A DNA stretch of 64,000 bases, taken from Acetobacterium sp. (GTDB lineage: Bacteria; Bacillota; Clostridia; Eubacteriales; Eubacteriaceae). A program made the position numbers and the translations under genes. Location: assembly GCF_036508315.1 (NCBI RefSeq), contig NZ_DATCHP010000025.1:95427-159426 (forward strand), written 5' to 3'. This document shows positions 20,721-29,335 of the stretch, one piece after another. Position 1 is the first letter of the stretch. Each line of letters starts with the position of its first letter. The notes below the pieces were generated by a model, which was given only the letters and a program-made list of their open reading frames with translations, ran no database searches and was not told the origin of the DNA.

Positions 20721-22015
20721 TATTTCACTTCCTTTAACATTTTGAATATATCTAAAGCAGCAGTTAGTTTTGTTCTGCCCTTAGTCATGTGTTTTGTAAT
20801 TAATTTTTGTTTTTCAGATTTGGATACACCATCTACTGTTAACATTTCGCTGACGGATTTATTCACTGCCGGCATATAATGATTAAAGTAGGCACCATTA
20901 TTCTCCAGTGTGGAGGAAGCGTTTTTATATTTTTTCAGATCCTTTGTGATGTAACTATTATTAATTAGATCACAATAATGAGAAAGGGTACGCTCAGTGA
21001 ATTCTCCAATACCTTTAGCTCGAATAATGGTTTCAGCAGCAAAACGTCCTGAGGTCATCCCCATATTCGAACCTTCTCTATGAATACCATTAACAAACTG
21101 AGCCGCATCACCGATAACTATCACTCCATTGTCCACTAATTTAGGAATGCTTTTATAACCACCTTCCGGAATTAAGTGGGCATAATATTCGCAGGGCTGA
21201 CTTCCTTTAATTATGGGCTTAATGATAGGGTGATTCTTTATATACTCCAACAGTTCATAAGGTTTTATGTGTTTTTCATACATTTGTGAGAGTAATGCAC
21301 CGCATCCAATAGATAAATGATCTTTATTTGTATAGATAAAGGCTGTACCTACCATTCCTAATGTCCCATCACCAAAGATTTCAATGGTTGCTCCCATGCC
21401 TTTTTCAAGGTTAAACCTTTCTTCAATTCTTTCAGAAGGTAACTTAAGTTCTTCCATTACACAAAGAGCCACCTCATCCTTGCGCCATTCTTTATGGAAA
21501 CCCAGACTTTTACCCAGTAATGAATTTACGCCGTCAGCAAGAACAACTACATCTGCAAATATATCTCCATCAGGTCTGTCCGTGCGAACACCAACAACTT
21601 TATTATTTTCCAAAATGCATTCTTTTACTACTGTTTCGTTAATAATTAGTGTTCCAACTTCAACACATTTTTTTGCAAACCATTGATCAAATTTACCTCT
21701 GAAGACTGTAAAGTTATTATATGGAGCTTTAGACCATTCCATGCCTTTATAACCGGTCTTCGTAACCGATTCTTTACCCATTATCCATAAATTTTGTTCA
21801 ACAATGGGACGCTCTATAGGGGCATCTTTCCAAAATTCAGGGATAATTTGTTCCATCATATGACGGTACAGTACTCCACCCATAACATTTTTTGAACCAG
21901 GATGCTGTCCCTTTTCAATTACAATAACCTTAAGGCCAGCTTTTGACATGATATAAGCTGCCGAGAGTCCAGCTACTCCAGCTCCAACAATAATAGCATC
22001 AAATTTTTCACTCAA
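20720..22015 (-). CDS. fixC: FAD-dependent ETF:quinone-type oxidoreductase FixC
   Basis: 431 aa with DAIIVGAGVAGLSAA. It overlaps both neighbours. Confidence 0.85.
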   Translation of the reverse strand: MSEKFDAIIVGAGVAGLSAAYIMSKAGLKVIVIEKGQHPGSKNVMGGVLYRHMMEQIIPEFWKDAPIERPIVEQNLWIMGKESVTKTGYKGMEWSKAPYNNFTVFRGKFDQWFAKKCVEVGTLIINETVVKECILENNKVVGVRTDRPDGDIFADVVVLADGVNSLLGKSLGFHKEWRKDEVALCVMEELKLPSERIEERFNLEKGMGATIEIFGDGTLGMVGTAFIYTNKDHLSIGCGALLSQMYEKHIKPYELLEYIKNHPIIKPIIKGSQPCEYYAHLIPEGGYKSIPKLVDNGVIVIGDAAQFVNGIHREGSNMGMTSGRFAAETIIRAKGIGEFTERTLSHYCDLINNSYITKDLKKYKNASSTLENNGAYFNHYMPAVNKSVSEMLTVDGVSKSEKQKLITKHMTKGRTKLTAALDIFKMLKEVK

Positions 22016-23081
22016 CGGTTACCACTCCCTTTATATCACAATTTATATTTTTAAGATTTAAATTTTTTATTTCAGATAAAGATTGCTTAAAAGCTTCAAT
22101 TAATTTTGGCAATATTGTAAGTGCATCTCCCACAATGCTGTAGGTGGCAATTTTCATCATAGGACACTGTGGATCTGTATTTATTGCAATGATTGTTTCA
22201 GACCCCTGGAGTCCAACGATATGTTGTATTGCACCAGAAATTCCTATAGCAAAATATAGCTTTGGAGATACTGTCTGGCCTGTCTGACCGACTTGACGTT
22301 TCGGATCAATTAAATTTTTTTCAATAGCTCCACGGCTTCCACCAACGACACCTCCAAGTACGGTAGCAAGCTCTTTTAGTAACTTAACCCCGTGCTCATT
22401 TTGGATGCCACGGCCTCCGCTAACGACAATTTTAGCATCTTCAAGCTTAACATCTTCTGCTTGATCTTTAACTATTTTAAGAACTATAGTTCTTAAAGAA
22501 TCTTCTTCAATGGCAAACTTTTCTCTTAAGACTATGCCAGTCCTATTTGATTCAGGAATGGGCATTTTCATGACCTTTGGGCGGACAGTAGCCATTTGAG
22601 GTCTATGGTCTTTACACACAATGGTAGCCATAATATTGCCACCAAAGGCAGGTCTGCTGGCAAGTAATATTTTTTTCTCTAAATCAATATCGAGAGCTGT
22701 GCAATCAGCAGTCAGTCCAGTCTTTAGAGTAGTTGCAACTGCACCAGCAAGATCTCTGCCAGTGGTAGTTGCTCCCATTAATAATATCTCTGGTTTATAT
22801 TTTTCTACAAGATAGCAAAAAGCTTTCATATAGGTTTCAGCTCTGTAAAAATGAAATACTGGATCATCAATAACATAAACTTTATCAGCTCCATACTCCA
22901 GAAGTGTAGGAATAATAGCTTCTACTTTGTCTCCTAAAAGAACTGTTGACACTTGTACTTCTAAGCTGGAAGCAAGTTTTTTTGCTTCACCAATTAGCTC
23001 GAGAGTAACGTTGGCTAGTTTTCCTTCTTGCTGTTCTACAAAAACCCATACACCGGAATAGTCTTTATCTATATTTGCCAC
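22008..23081 (-). CDS. etfA: Electron transfer flavoprotein alpha subunit (FixB/EtfA)
   Basis: 357 aa with VSGGRG and GISGAIQH motifs. Confidence 0.9.
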   Translation of the reverse strand: MANIDKDYSGVWVFVEQQEGKLANVTLELIGEAKKLASSLEVQVSTVLLGDKVEAIIPTLLEYGADKVYVIDDPVFHFYRAETYMKAFCYLVEKYKPEILLMGATTTGRDLAGAVATTLKTGLTADCTALDIDLEKKILLASRPAFGGNIMATIVCKDHRPQMATVRPKVMKMPIPESNRTGIVLREKFAIEEDSLRTIVLKIVKDQAEDVKLEDAKIVVSGGRGIQNEHGVKLLKELATVLGGVVGGSRGAIEKNLIDPKRQVGQTGQTVSPKLYFAIGISGAIQHIVGLQGSETIIAINTDPQCPMMKIATYSIVGDALTILPKLIEAFKQSLSEIKNLNLKNINCDIKGVVTVE

Positions 23082-23878
23082 TGAAGTATTCCTCCTTTAA
23101 GTTTGTCAACCAGGGTTTTTACTACTTTGTCTTCACTGCCTTCAAGCAACTCTCCGCCAGCTCTTTGTGCTGGTGGGAAAATACGACGCACAGAAGTTGG
23201 AGATCCCTTTAATCCTAATTGGCTTAAATCAGACTCAAAATCATTAATTCCCCAGGCAATAGGCTTATAACGGGCTGCTTTGATCATATTTGTCAAGGGT
23301 GAAAAGCTTAACTCATTAATATCTTTTTCAACCGTTATCAAACATGGGAGTTTTGATTGTACAACTTCATAGCCATTATCAATTTTTCTATGAAGCACAA
23401 CAACATTTCTTTCCAGGTCAAAGCTTTCAATATCTTCAACATAAGTTAACTGAGGCATGCCCAAACGACATGCAATGCCTGGACCAACCTGGGCGGTATC
23501 TCCATCTATTGCCTGTTTGCCACAAAATACTAAATCAATTGGGTCCTTATCCATTACTTTCTTTATACCCATAGCAAGGATATAGCTGGTAGATAATGTA
23601 TCGGATCCTGCAAAGGCACGGTCTGATAGTAGGTATCCTTCATCGGCACCCATTTCAATGCATTTTTTAATAACTTCCTGTGCTTGAGGAGGTCCCATTG
23701 AGATAATAGAAACTTTTCCCCCCATTTGCTTCTTTATTTGAACTGCTTCTTCAACAGCATGAGCGTCAAAAGGATTAATAATGGTAGGAGCAGTCGATCT
23801 GTCCATAGTATTAGTTATAGGATCCATTTTAATTTCAGTAGTATCAGGTACTTGTTTTACACAAACTAAAATATGCAT
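23069..23878 (-). CDS. etfB: Electron transfer flavoprotein beta subunit (FixA/EtfB)
   Basis: 269 aa with N-terminal MHILVCVKQVPD and the DLVFCGKQAIDGDTAQVG motif. Confidence 0.9.
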   Translation of the reverse strand: MHILVCVKQVPDTTEIKMDPITNTMDRSTAPTIINPFDAHAVEEAVQIKKQMGGKVSIISMGPPQAQEVIKKCIEMGADEGYLLSDRAFAGSDTLSTSYILAMGIKKVMDKDPIDLVFCGKQAIDGDTAQVGPGIACRLGMPQLTYVEDIESFDLERNVVVLHRKIDNGYEVVQSKLPCLITVEKDINELSFSPLTNMIKAARYKPIAWGINDFESDLSQLGLKGSPTSVRRIFPPAQRAGGELLEGSEDKVVKTLVDKLKGGILQWQI

Positions 23879-23938
23879 ATAATTATAACTCCTTTTTAAT
23901 TGCAGCTTGCCTAATATAGCAAAACTGACTATTTATTT

Positions 23939-24646
23939 TTATAAGGGTTTAGTTCCGAAATGTAGTGAAGCTACTCCACAAGTTAGGGATTTAAACCCTG
24001 AATTTTCAAAACCAATATTTTTAAATTCGCGTCGTAGTTGACGTTTTGTCATAAAGCCGTTTACCGAATCACGCAGATAATAATAAGCTGCTTTATCCTG
24101 GGTACCTAGGTAGCCAATGACTGGTAATACAAAATTGAAGTATAAATTATATATATTTCTCAAAATAGGTATTTCAGGCTTAGATAATTCTAAGCAAACT
24201 GCTTTACCCCCTGGTTTTAAAACTCTATACATTTCAGAAATAGCTTTTCTTTTATCAGGTATATTTCGTAAACCAAAGGCTATTGTTATACTATGGAAGG
24301 TATTATCTTCGAATGGAAGCTCCATAGCATCTCCTTGTATCAAGTCATATTTGTATTTATCCAATGATTTATTAAGTTTTTTATTTCCAACATTAATCAT
24401 TTCTCTATTGAAATCCAGACCTATAACTGGTGTGTTTTCACCAACCGCTTTACATTCAAGTTCTATCATTTTACCTGTACCGCAGCACAAGTCTAATACT
24501 TTATCATTTTCTTTAATGTTACATAGTTTTACAGCTTTTTTTCTCCATAGCTTATCAATATTCAGTGATAGTATTGTATTTAATTGATCATAGTTATTAG
24601 CAATTGATGAAAACACACTTTGCACATCTGTGGTGATTTCTCTCAT
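23939..24646 (-). CDS. menG: Demethylmenaquinone methyltransferase (UbiE/MenG)
   Basis: 235 aa with the SAM motif VLDLCCGTG and the ITIAFGLRN motif. Confidence 0.85.
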   Translation of the reverse strand: MREITTDVQSVFSSIANNYDQLNTILSLNIDKLWRKKAVKLCNIKENDKVLDLCCGTGKMIELECKAVGENTPVIGLDFNREMINVGNKKLNKSLDKYKYDLIQGDAMELPFEDNTFHSITIAFGLRNIPDKRKAISEMYRVLKPGGKAVCLELSKPEIPILRNIYNLYFNFVLPVIGYLGTQDKAAYYYLRDSVNGFMTKRQLRREFKNIGFENSGFKSLTCGVASLHFGTKPL

Positions 24647-24648
24647 TA

Positions 24649-24789
24649 TTATAAACCTCCTGACATCAAAGAAAATATTAGAAAACTGTTAATTGGTAAA
24701 ATTGCTCCCAGGTTTACTGTAATTGCCGGACCTATGAAAGAGAAAGGTCTTACAGCTCTTAGATATCTCTTGCCTTTTTCTTTAAACAT
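24649..24789 (-). other. 46-aa micro-ORF resembling the N-terminus of a UbiA-family prenyltransferase. It may be a relic or a small membrane protein.
   Basis: Hand translation: MFKEKGKRYLRAVRPFSFIGPAITVNLGAILPINSFLIFSLMSGGL. It has a strong RBS (aaaaAGGAGAatattt-ATG). It ends 2 nt before the menG ATG and contains the menG RBS. It is below the ORF-track size cut-off. Confidence 0.3.
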
Positions 24790-24813
24790 AAATATTCTCC
24801 TTTTTTATATTTA

Positions 24814-26208
24814 CTACATCCGCATTGCCATTGGAAGAGAAAATAATAGTATATTTGCTACTGCAAGTAATATCATTAGAATTGTGTAAACCACTGTGGT
24901 TCCTAAAACTGTTGATTTAATTTGACTGCTCCTGGCAAGTCTATAAGCAGTATATATTGAACCTACCGTACCAATTGTAATTATTATATACTGAAGCATT
25001 TGAATAGTTGGACTAGAGACTAATGCTGTTGAAGCTCCATTAGATGATATCCCGAAAAGTTCCATGAAAGTGTAACCCACTGATTTACCTTCTGCCAGCA
25101 AATGAAACAGGTTATGAGCGATGTGGCCTGCTAAGTCTAACGGTATAATAGCGTATCCAAATCTAGCAAAATTTTCTTTAACGGAAGTTTTATTAAATTT
25201 TTTAGCAATAAGTCCTGTTAAGAGGAGTAATGCAACAGGAATGGCCATGGCTATGAGGAAAGTAACCGTAAAGGTTATATAATAGTTTGTAGTTCCCAGG
25301 ATATTTTCAAGAGAATTTAATATTTCGTCCCATATTTCCAGCATAGTTATGTTTTGAACAAATACAATACCCATGATTACGATGGCTAAAAATGCAACTT
25401 CTATTTTCGGTTTTTTGATATTCCATAATTCTTTGGTAGGAATTCGAGTACTGATTGTTATAGAGTCGTTTGGACAATTTTTCACACAATTACCGCATAA
25501 GTTACATTCTGCACTATCATCCATTGTTCTGGGAAATTCAAACATCGGGCATCCGGGAACTTCACTTGTGCCTTTGTAACAAGAAGCTGTTGTACATTTT
25601 TTACATATTTCCGGGGTTCCGCGCAGTTCCACCATACCTGCTCTGGAATAATTGCCAGATAATCCACCAAGGAAACATAAATATCTGCACCATGTCCTTC
25701 TCTCAAAGAGTGCTCCGGAAAATATTACAGCAGTTGTAATCATAAAAAGTAAAACGCCTGAGCCACGAGGGTTCTCAACGATACCCCAGACATGGTCACT
25801 CCATGTGATCATAAGAAAGGTTATATCAATAATCCAGATACCATATTTTTTCAGAAATTTTGGTACAGGTTTGTTGTTACCAACAAACTTCTGAACCACA
25901 TCATTTAGGTATCCAAAAGGGCATACAATACACCAAAACCTTCCGAAAAGCAGTAGAAGAATAGGGAGTAGCGGCCACCATAACACCCAGGTTCCTGCCG
26001 TTCCGAAGTTATCATGAGCTTCTCCGGGTCCAATGATTAGCTCTAAGACGATAAAGGCAAAAATTAAAGCTATTGGTATCTGAAATACTGCCGGATACGT
26101 TTTACTTTTAATAAAATTTTTAAACTTCTTATTTTTTAATAAGTCGTTTTCTTTTTTCACTGGTGAAGGAGGTAAATCCTGTTTTAAAGGTATTTTAATC
26201 TCTGCCAT
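24814..26208 (-). CDS. Polytopic membrane 4Fe-4S polyferredoxin of the CcoG/FixG-NapH-MauN type
   Basis: 464 aa. Contains GRFWCIVCPFG and RTWCRYLCFLGG membrane Cys motifs plus the ferredoxin motif CNLCGNCVKNCP. There are multiple TM segments on both sides. Confidence 0.7.
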   Translation of the reverse strand: MAEIKIPLKQDLPPSPVKKENDLLKNKKFKNFIKSKTYPAVFQIPIALIFAFIVLELIIGPGEAHDNFGTAGTWVLWWPLLPILLLLFGRFWCIVCPFGYLNDVVQKFVGNNKPVPKFLKKYGIWIIDITFLMITWSDHVWGIVENPRGSGVLLFMITTAVIFSGALFERRTWCRYLCFLGGLSGNYSRAGMVELRGTPEICKKCTTASCYKGTSEVPGCPMFEFPRTMDDSAECNLCGNCVKNCPNDSITISTRIPTKELWNIKKPKIEVAFLAIVIMGIVFVQNITMLEIWDEILNSLENILGTTNYYITFTVTFLIAMAIPVALLLLTGLIAKKFNKTSVKENFARFGYAIIPLDLAGHIAHNLFHLLAEGKSVGYTFMELFGISSNGASTALVSSPTIQMLQYIIITIGTVGSIYTAYRLARSSQIKSTVLGTTVVYTILMILLAVANILLFSLPMAMRM

Positions 26209-26234
26209 AAGTGCGTTTCCTTACTTTCCAAGCT

Positions 26235-26765
26235 TTAAGCTTTAGTAGATTTTTTCTTTTTTGTAATAGCAGCTATAACGATAACCAATATAATTACTGC
26301 CAAAAATCCACCGATTATAAGAAAATTAGGGCCTGCGCTTTGTACTTTAACATCAAGATCCGTTGTTTTTGCCTGTCCTAGTACATTATAGGTAGATGTA
26401 ATGATCCACTGACCATTTTTGTTGAAGTCTACCATGCCTGTATAAACGCCTTTTTGGGAACCTTCTTTTAAATCTATCATCATGGGTTTATCTTCTTTCA
26501 TACCTCCCATATCAGTAGATGTGTCCATGGCTGCAGTCAGTTTTAAATTAGGATTATCTAAAGGCTTTCCACTGCTGTCAAGCAGGGAAATTGTAAATTC
26601 ATTGCTTCCTGGTTTAATTGTTTCATTTGCAAAGGTTATGGTAGTATTTACACCATCAGCCTGTTTATTTATTGGGGTACCAGTTGTCGCAGCAAATGCT
26701 AAAGTTGAAAAAGATAAAGCGAATACTAAGGTAAATACAAGGCTTTTAATTAATTTGAATTTCAT
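26235..26765 (-). CDS. Secreted, C-terminally anchored FixH/YtkA-like domain protein
   Basis: 176 aa with a signal peptide ending in AFA, a Met-rich beta-sandwich-like segment (DMGGMKEDKPMMIDL...GVYTGMVDF...GQW) and a C-terminal TM segment plus KKKK. Confidence 0.6.
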   Translation of the reverse strand: MKFKLIKSLVFTLVFALSFSTLAFAATTGTPINKQADGVNTTITFANETIKPGSNEFTISLLDSSGKPLDNPNLKLTAAMDTSTDMGGMKEDKPMMIDLKEGSQKGVYTGMVDFNKNGQWIITSTYNVLGQAKTTDLDVKVQSAGPNFLIIGGFLAVIILVIVIAAITKKKKSTKA

Positions 26766-26893
26766 GTTTATAAAGCTCCTTCATATTGAAAATATTTTTT
26801 GATCTTAAAACTATTTATTATGGAAATTTAGTATTAAACTTAAATTTATGCTAATTTATGCTTTGTGTATTGGGTTAGAGATTAACAATTTAA

Positions 26894-27793
26894 TTATGCG
26901 CTATTTACTTTTGCCTCGGAAAAACAAAGAACCAAATTTACAATACTTATTAAACTGAATTTGTATGCAGAATCTTCAAATGCGTCAAGTGCTGCTATTG
27001 CTCTGTTTCCATATAATTGAGCATCTTCTACCGTTATATTTAATTGATTATTAATATCTTTATCCATACAATCATCCATTATCTGATATGCCATTCCTAG
27101 ATTTAATCCATACTCTTCGATGCCCGCAAGTTGGTTTTTTGTTGCTCCAGCCAATGCTGCTGCAATTTTGCAACTAACAGACATAAATAATGCGGTTTTA
27201 CCTTTAATAATATTCAAATATATTTCACGGCTAGGCGACTTATTTTCTGCTTGAATTACTTCAGCGGCGCACATATATTCAGTTAACTCAACGATGATTT
27301 TATCAAATTCTTTTGGCAGTGAATTTGTGACTGTATTGAAAGCTAAAGAATAAACAACATCACCTACTAATACTGCTATTTTCTTACCATAAATTCTATT
27401 GATGGTTTTTTGACCACGCCGGAATAAATCACCATCAATTACATCATCATGTATTAAACTTGCGCTGTGCATGAGCTCAATGCCAGTAGCCATTTGGATT
27501 AACTGATCATTAGTACTCTTTGGGAGCTTATTATTTACAATGCCCGCCGAGAGCAAAGCTAATGTAGGTCGAAGTCTTTTCCCGGGATTTTTAAAAAAAT
27601 AACCTATAATTTCTTGCAGACAACTGGTTTCTAAATTTTCACATATTTTTTTCAGTTCCTTCTCGACAAGATTTAGATTTTTACTTATCGGACAATAAAT
27701 GTCTTCAAACTGCAATCTTCTCACCACCTTTCTATATTGTAAAATTAAGCAATACCTTACTTTAAAGTACTTGCTGTTGAAAATATTTCTCAA
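26894..27793 (-). CDS. Polyprenyl diphosphate synthase (trans-IPPS, long-chain)
   Basis: Contains LIHDDVIDGD and YQIMDDCMD Asp-rich motifs. The true start is probably the TTG at 27715, preceded by AAAGGTGGTGA, so the N-terminal ~26 aa of the ORF-track version are doubtful. Confidence 0.8.
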   Translation of the reverse strand: MRNIFNSKYFKVRYCLILQYRKVVRRLQFEDIYCPISKNLNLVEKELKKICENLETSCLQEIIGYFFKNPGKRLRPTLALLSAGIVNNKLPKSTNDQLIQMATGIELMHSASLIHDDVIDGDLFRRGQKTINRIYGKKIAVLVGDVVYSLAFNTVTNSLPKEFDKIIVELTEYMCAAEVIQAENKSPSREIYLNIIKGKTALFMSVSCKIAAALAGATKNQLAGIEEYGLNLGMAYQIMDDCMDKDINNQLNITVEDAQLYGNRAIAALDAFEDSAYKFSLISIVNLVLCFSEAKVNSA

Positions 27794-27898
27794 GTACAGT
27801 GGTGATTATATTAAAATGTTATGAAGAAATTATGTAGAAAGCAGATTATTTAAAATAACTTAGCTTTTTAATAAAATAAACTCAATACCTTCCTATAA

Positions 27899-28399
27899 AA
27901 ATCATTAGATTTTGGAAGTGGAACAGGGACTTTGCTAATGATGTTGGCAACCCTTTATCCCAATAACGAACTGCAAGGTGTAGACATTGATGAAAATGTT
28001 CTGAAAATCGCACAAAAAAAAATCATTAAAAATGATATGTGTGTGCATTTAAAAAAATTTAACAGAACTAATTTACCCTATGAAGACAATTATTTCAGCA
28101 AAATTTTATCCAGCTTAGTAATACATCATATTTCTTCTGAAAATAAGTTGATAATATTTGACGAGCTGATAAGAGTATTAAAACCAGGTGGAGAAATATT
28201 TATTTTGGATTATGGAAAGTAAAAGAGACTATATTCGAAAATAATTGTACATGTTTTTCGAAAATCAGAGCCAATAGATGATAATATTAATGGTCTGATG
28301 CCAGATATATTAAAGAAAGCAAAATTTCATAGCGTGACTATAAATAGTTATTATAAAACCTTGGTTGGAGATCTCACAATATATCACAGGAAAAAGTGA
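27899..28399 (+). pseudogene. Class I SAM-dependent methyltransferase pseudogene (5'-truncated, with an in-frame TAA)
   Basis: The reading frame opens only 3 codons before the SAM motif LDFGSGTG, which normally sits about 40 aa in. An in-frame TAA at 28220-28222 splits ..ILDYGK from KRLYSKIIVHVFRKSEPIDDNINGLMPDILKKAKFHSVTINSYYKTLVGDLTIYHRKK. Confidence 0.7.
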
Positions 28400-28535
28400 T
28401 TAAAGAAACGAAGAACCTTTTTCTAAAATCTTTCACCATTCTTTTCGCAACCTTTCTTTCTTTATTTACTAATATTATATTCGCTCATGTTATATGTCAA
28501 AAATAGGACAGTGTTCTCATGTTTCTTACTATTTC
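28397..28535 (-). pseudogene. Orphan copy of the copB-type promoter and leader plus the first ~14 codons of a paralogous P-type ATPase
   Basis: About 100 bp at roughly 85% identity (by eye) to 11739-11835. It includes TTGACA (28500-28495), the 17-nt spacer and TAATAT (28477-28472). The ATG at 28439 encodes MVKDFRKRFFVSLI, compare copB MVKDFKRRFFVSLI. Homology stops at about 28398, where the methyltransferase pseudogene ends. Confidence 0.75.
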
Positions 28536-28767
28536 TATAATTCTTAATAATTCATGTTGGGTGAGATTTTAGTGTTCACATCATATTGCTGACTAAGACT
28601 ATCTATTATTTCCTTTGTTCGTTTCTCTTGCTGAATTGTAAGATAATTGGTAAATTCTTTTCAATTAAACTATTGGATTAAAAGCTGATTGGTGCCACAG
28701 TAAGTAACTTGACCAAGGCAATGGTCAGCGATAATTTCGTTCTTAAACTATGTTTCATAGCGGTCTC

Positions 28768-29325
28768 CTAATCCATAATTAATTGAATGTCTTTATTTAA
28801 AGAATCTTCATCAACGGCTCCCTGATACTTTGTTACAATTTTTCCATCAGCGTTGATAAAGTAAGTGGTCGGTATGGATGTTACTTCATATGCAGTGGCT
28901 GCTTCCTGGTTTGTATCAAAATATACAGGAAAATCAAATCCTTGATCACCTACATATTGAAGCCCGGTTTCTGTGGTTTCCTGTTCACCATCAACGAGAT
29001 CAACCATTAAAAATACGACCTCATCTTTTTTATCCCCATATATTTTATTAAAGTGAGGCATTTCGCTTTTGCAAGGTGGACACCATGAAGCCCAAAAGTT
29101 TAGTACGATTGGTTTCCCGAAAAAATCAGAGAGTTTAGCGGGATTTCCTGCTTCGTCTATGACTGTGAAGTCCGGTGCCGCCCTTAATACATTTTTCTGT
29201 GATAAACCAATTGTATTTGTATTCAATTTATTTGTATTAGATAGATAGGTATATCCCCAAAATACTGTTCCTAAGAATACTGCAAAGGCGATGATTCCTA
29301 TCAAAGTTTTGATCTTGATATTCAT
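28768..29325 (-). CDS. Membrane-anchored TlpA/ResA-family thiol-disulfide oxidoreductase
   Basis: 185 aa with an N-terminal TM segment and WASWCPPCKSEMP (thioredoxin CxxC). Confidence 0.85.
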   Translation of the reverse strand: MNIKIKTLIGIIAFAVFLGTVFWGYTYLSNTNKLNTNTIGLSQKNVLRAAPDFTVIDEAGNPAKLSDFFGKPIVLNFWASWCPPCKSEMPHFNKIYGDKKDEVVFLMVDLVDGEQETTETGLQYVGDQGFDFPVYFDTNQEAATAYEVTSIPTTYFINADGKIVTKYQGAVDEDSLNKDIQLIMD

Positions 29326-29335
29326 TGACTTCTCC

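Noticed and set aside
24117-24587. 156-aa plus-strand ORF
   Set aside because: It is entirely antisense to menG, which has clear SAM-methyltransferase motifs. Its sequence is low-complexity and Ser/Leu/Ile-rich with no RBS, so I treat it as a shadow ORF. The same reasoning applies to 29454-29933, 31722-32237, 46876-47331, 49389-49787, 56131-56805 and the other antisense ORFs in the track.
28540-28760. Possible further gene remnant downstream of tlpA
   Set aside because: An N-terminal signal-like peptide (MKHSLRTKLSLTIALVKLLTVAPISF, with a GGAG RBS) and a separate C-terminal-looking frame (..IQQEKRTKEIIDSLSQQYDVNTKISPNMNY) can be read on the minus strand. I cannot link them to any family, and the evidence is too thin for a feature call.
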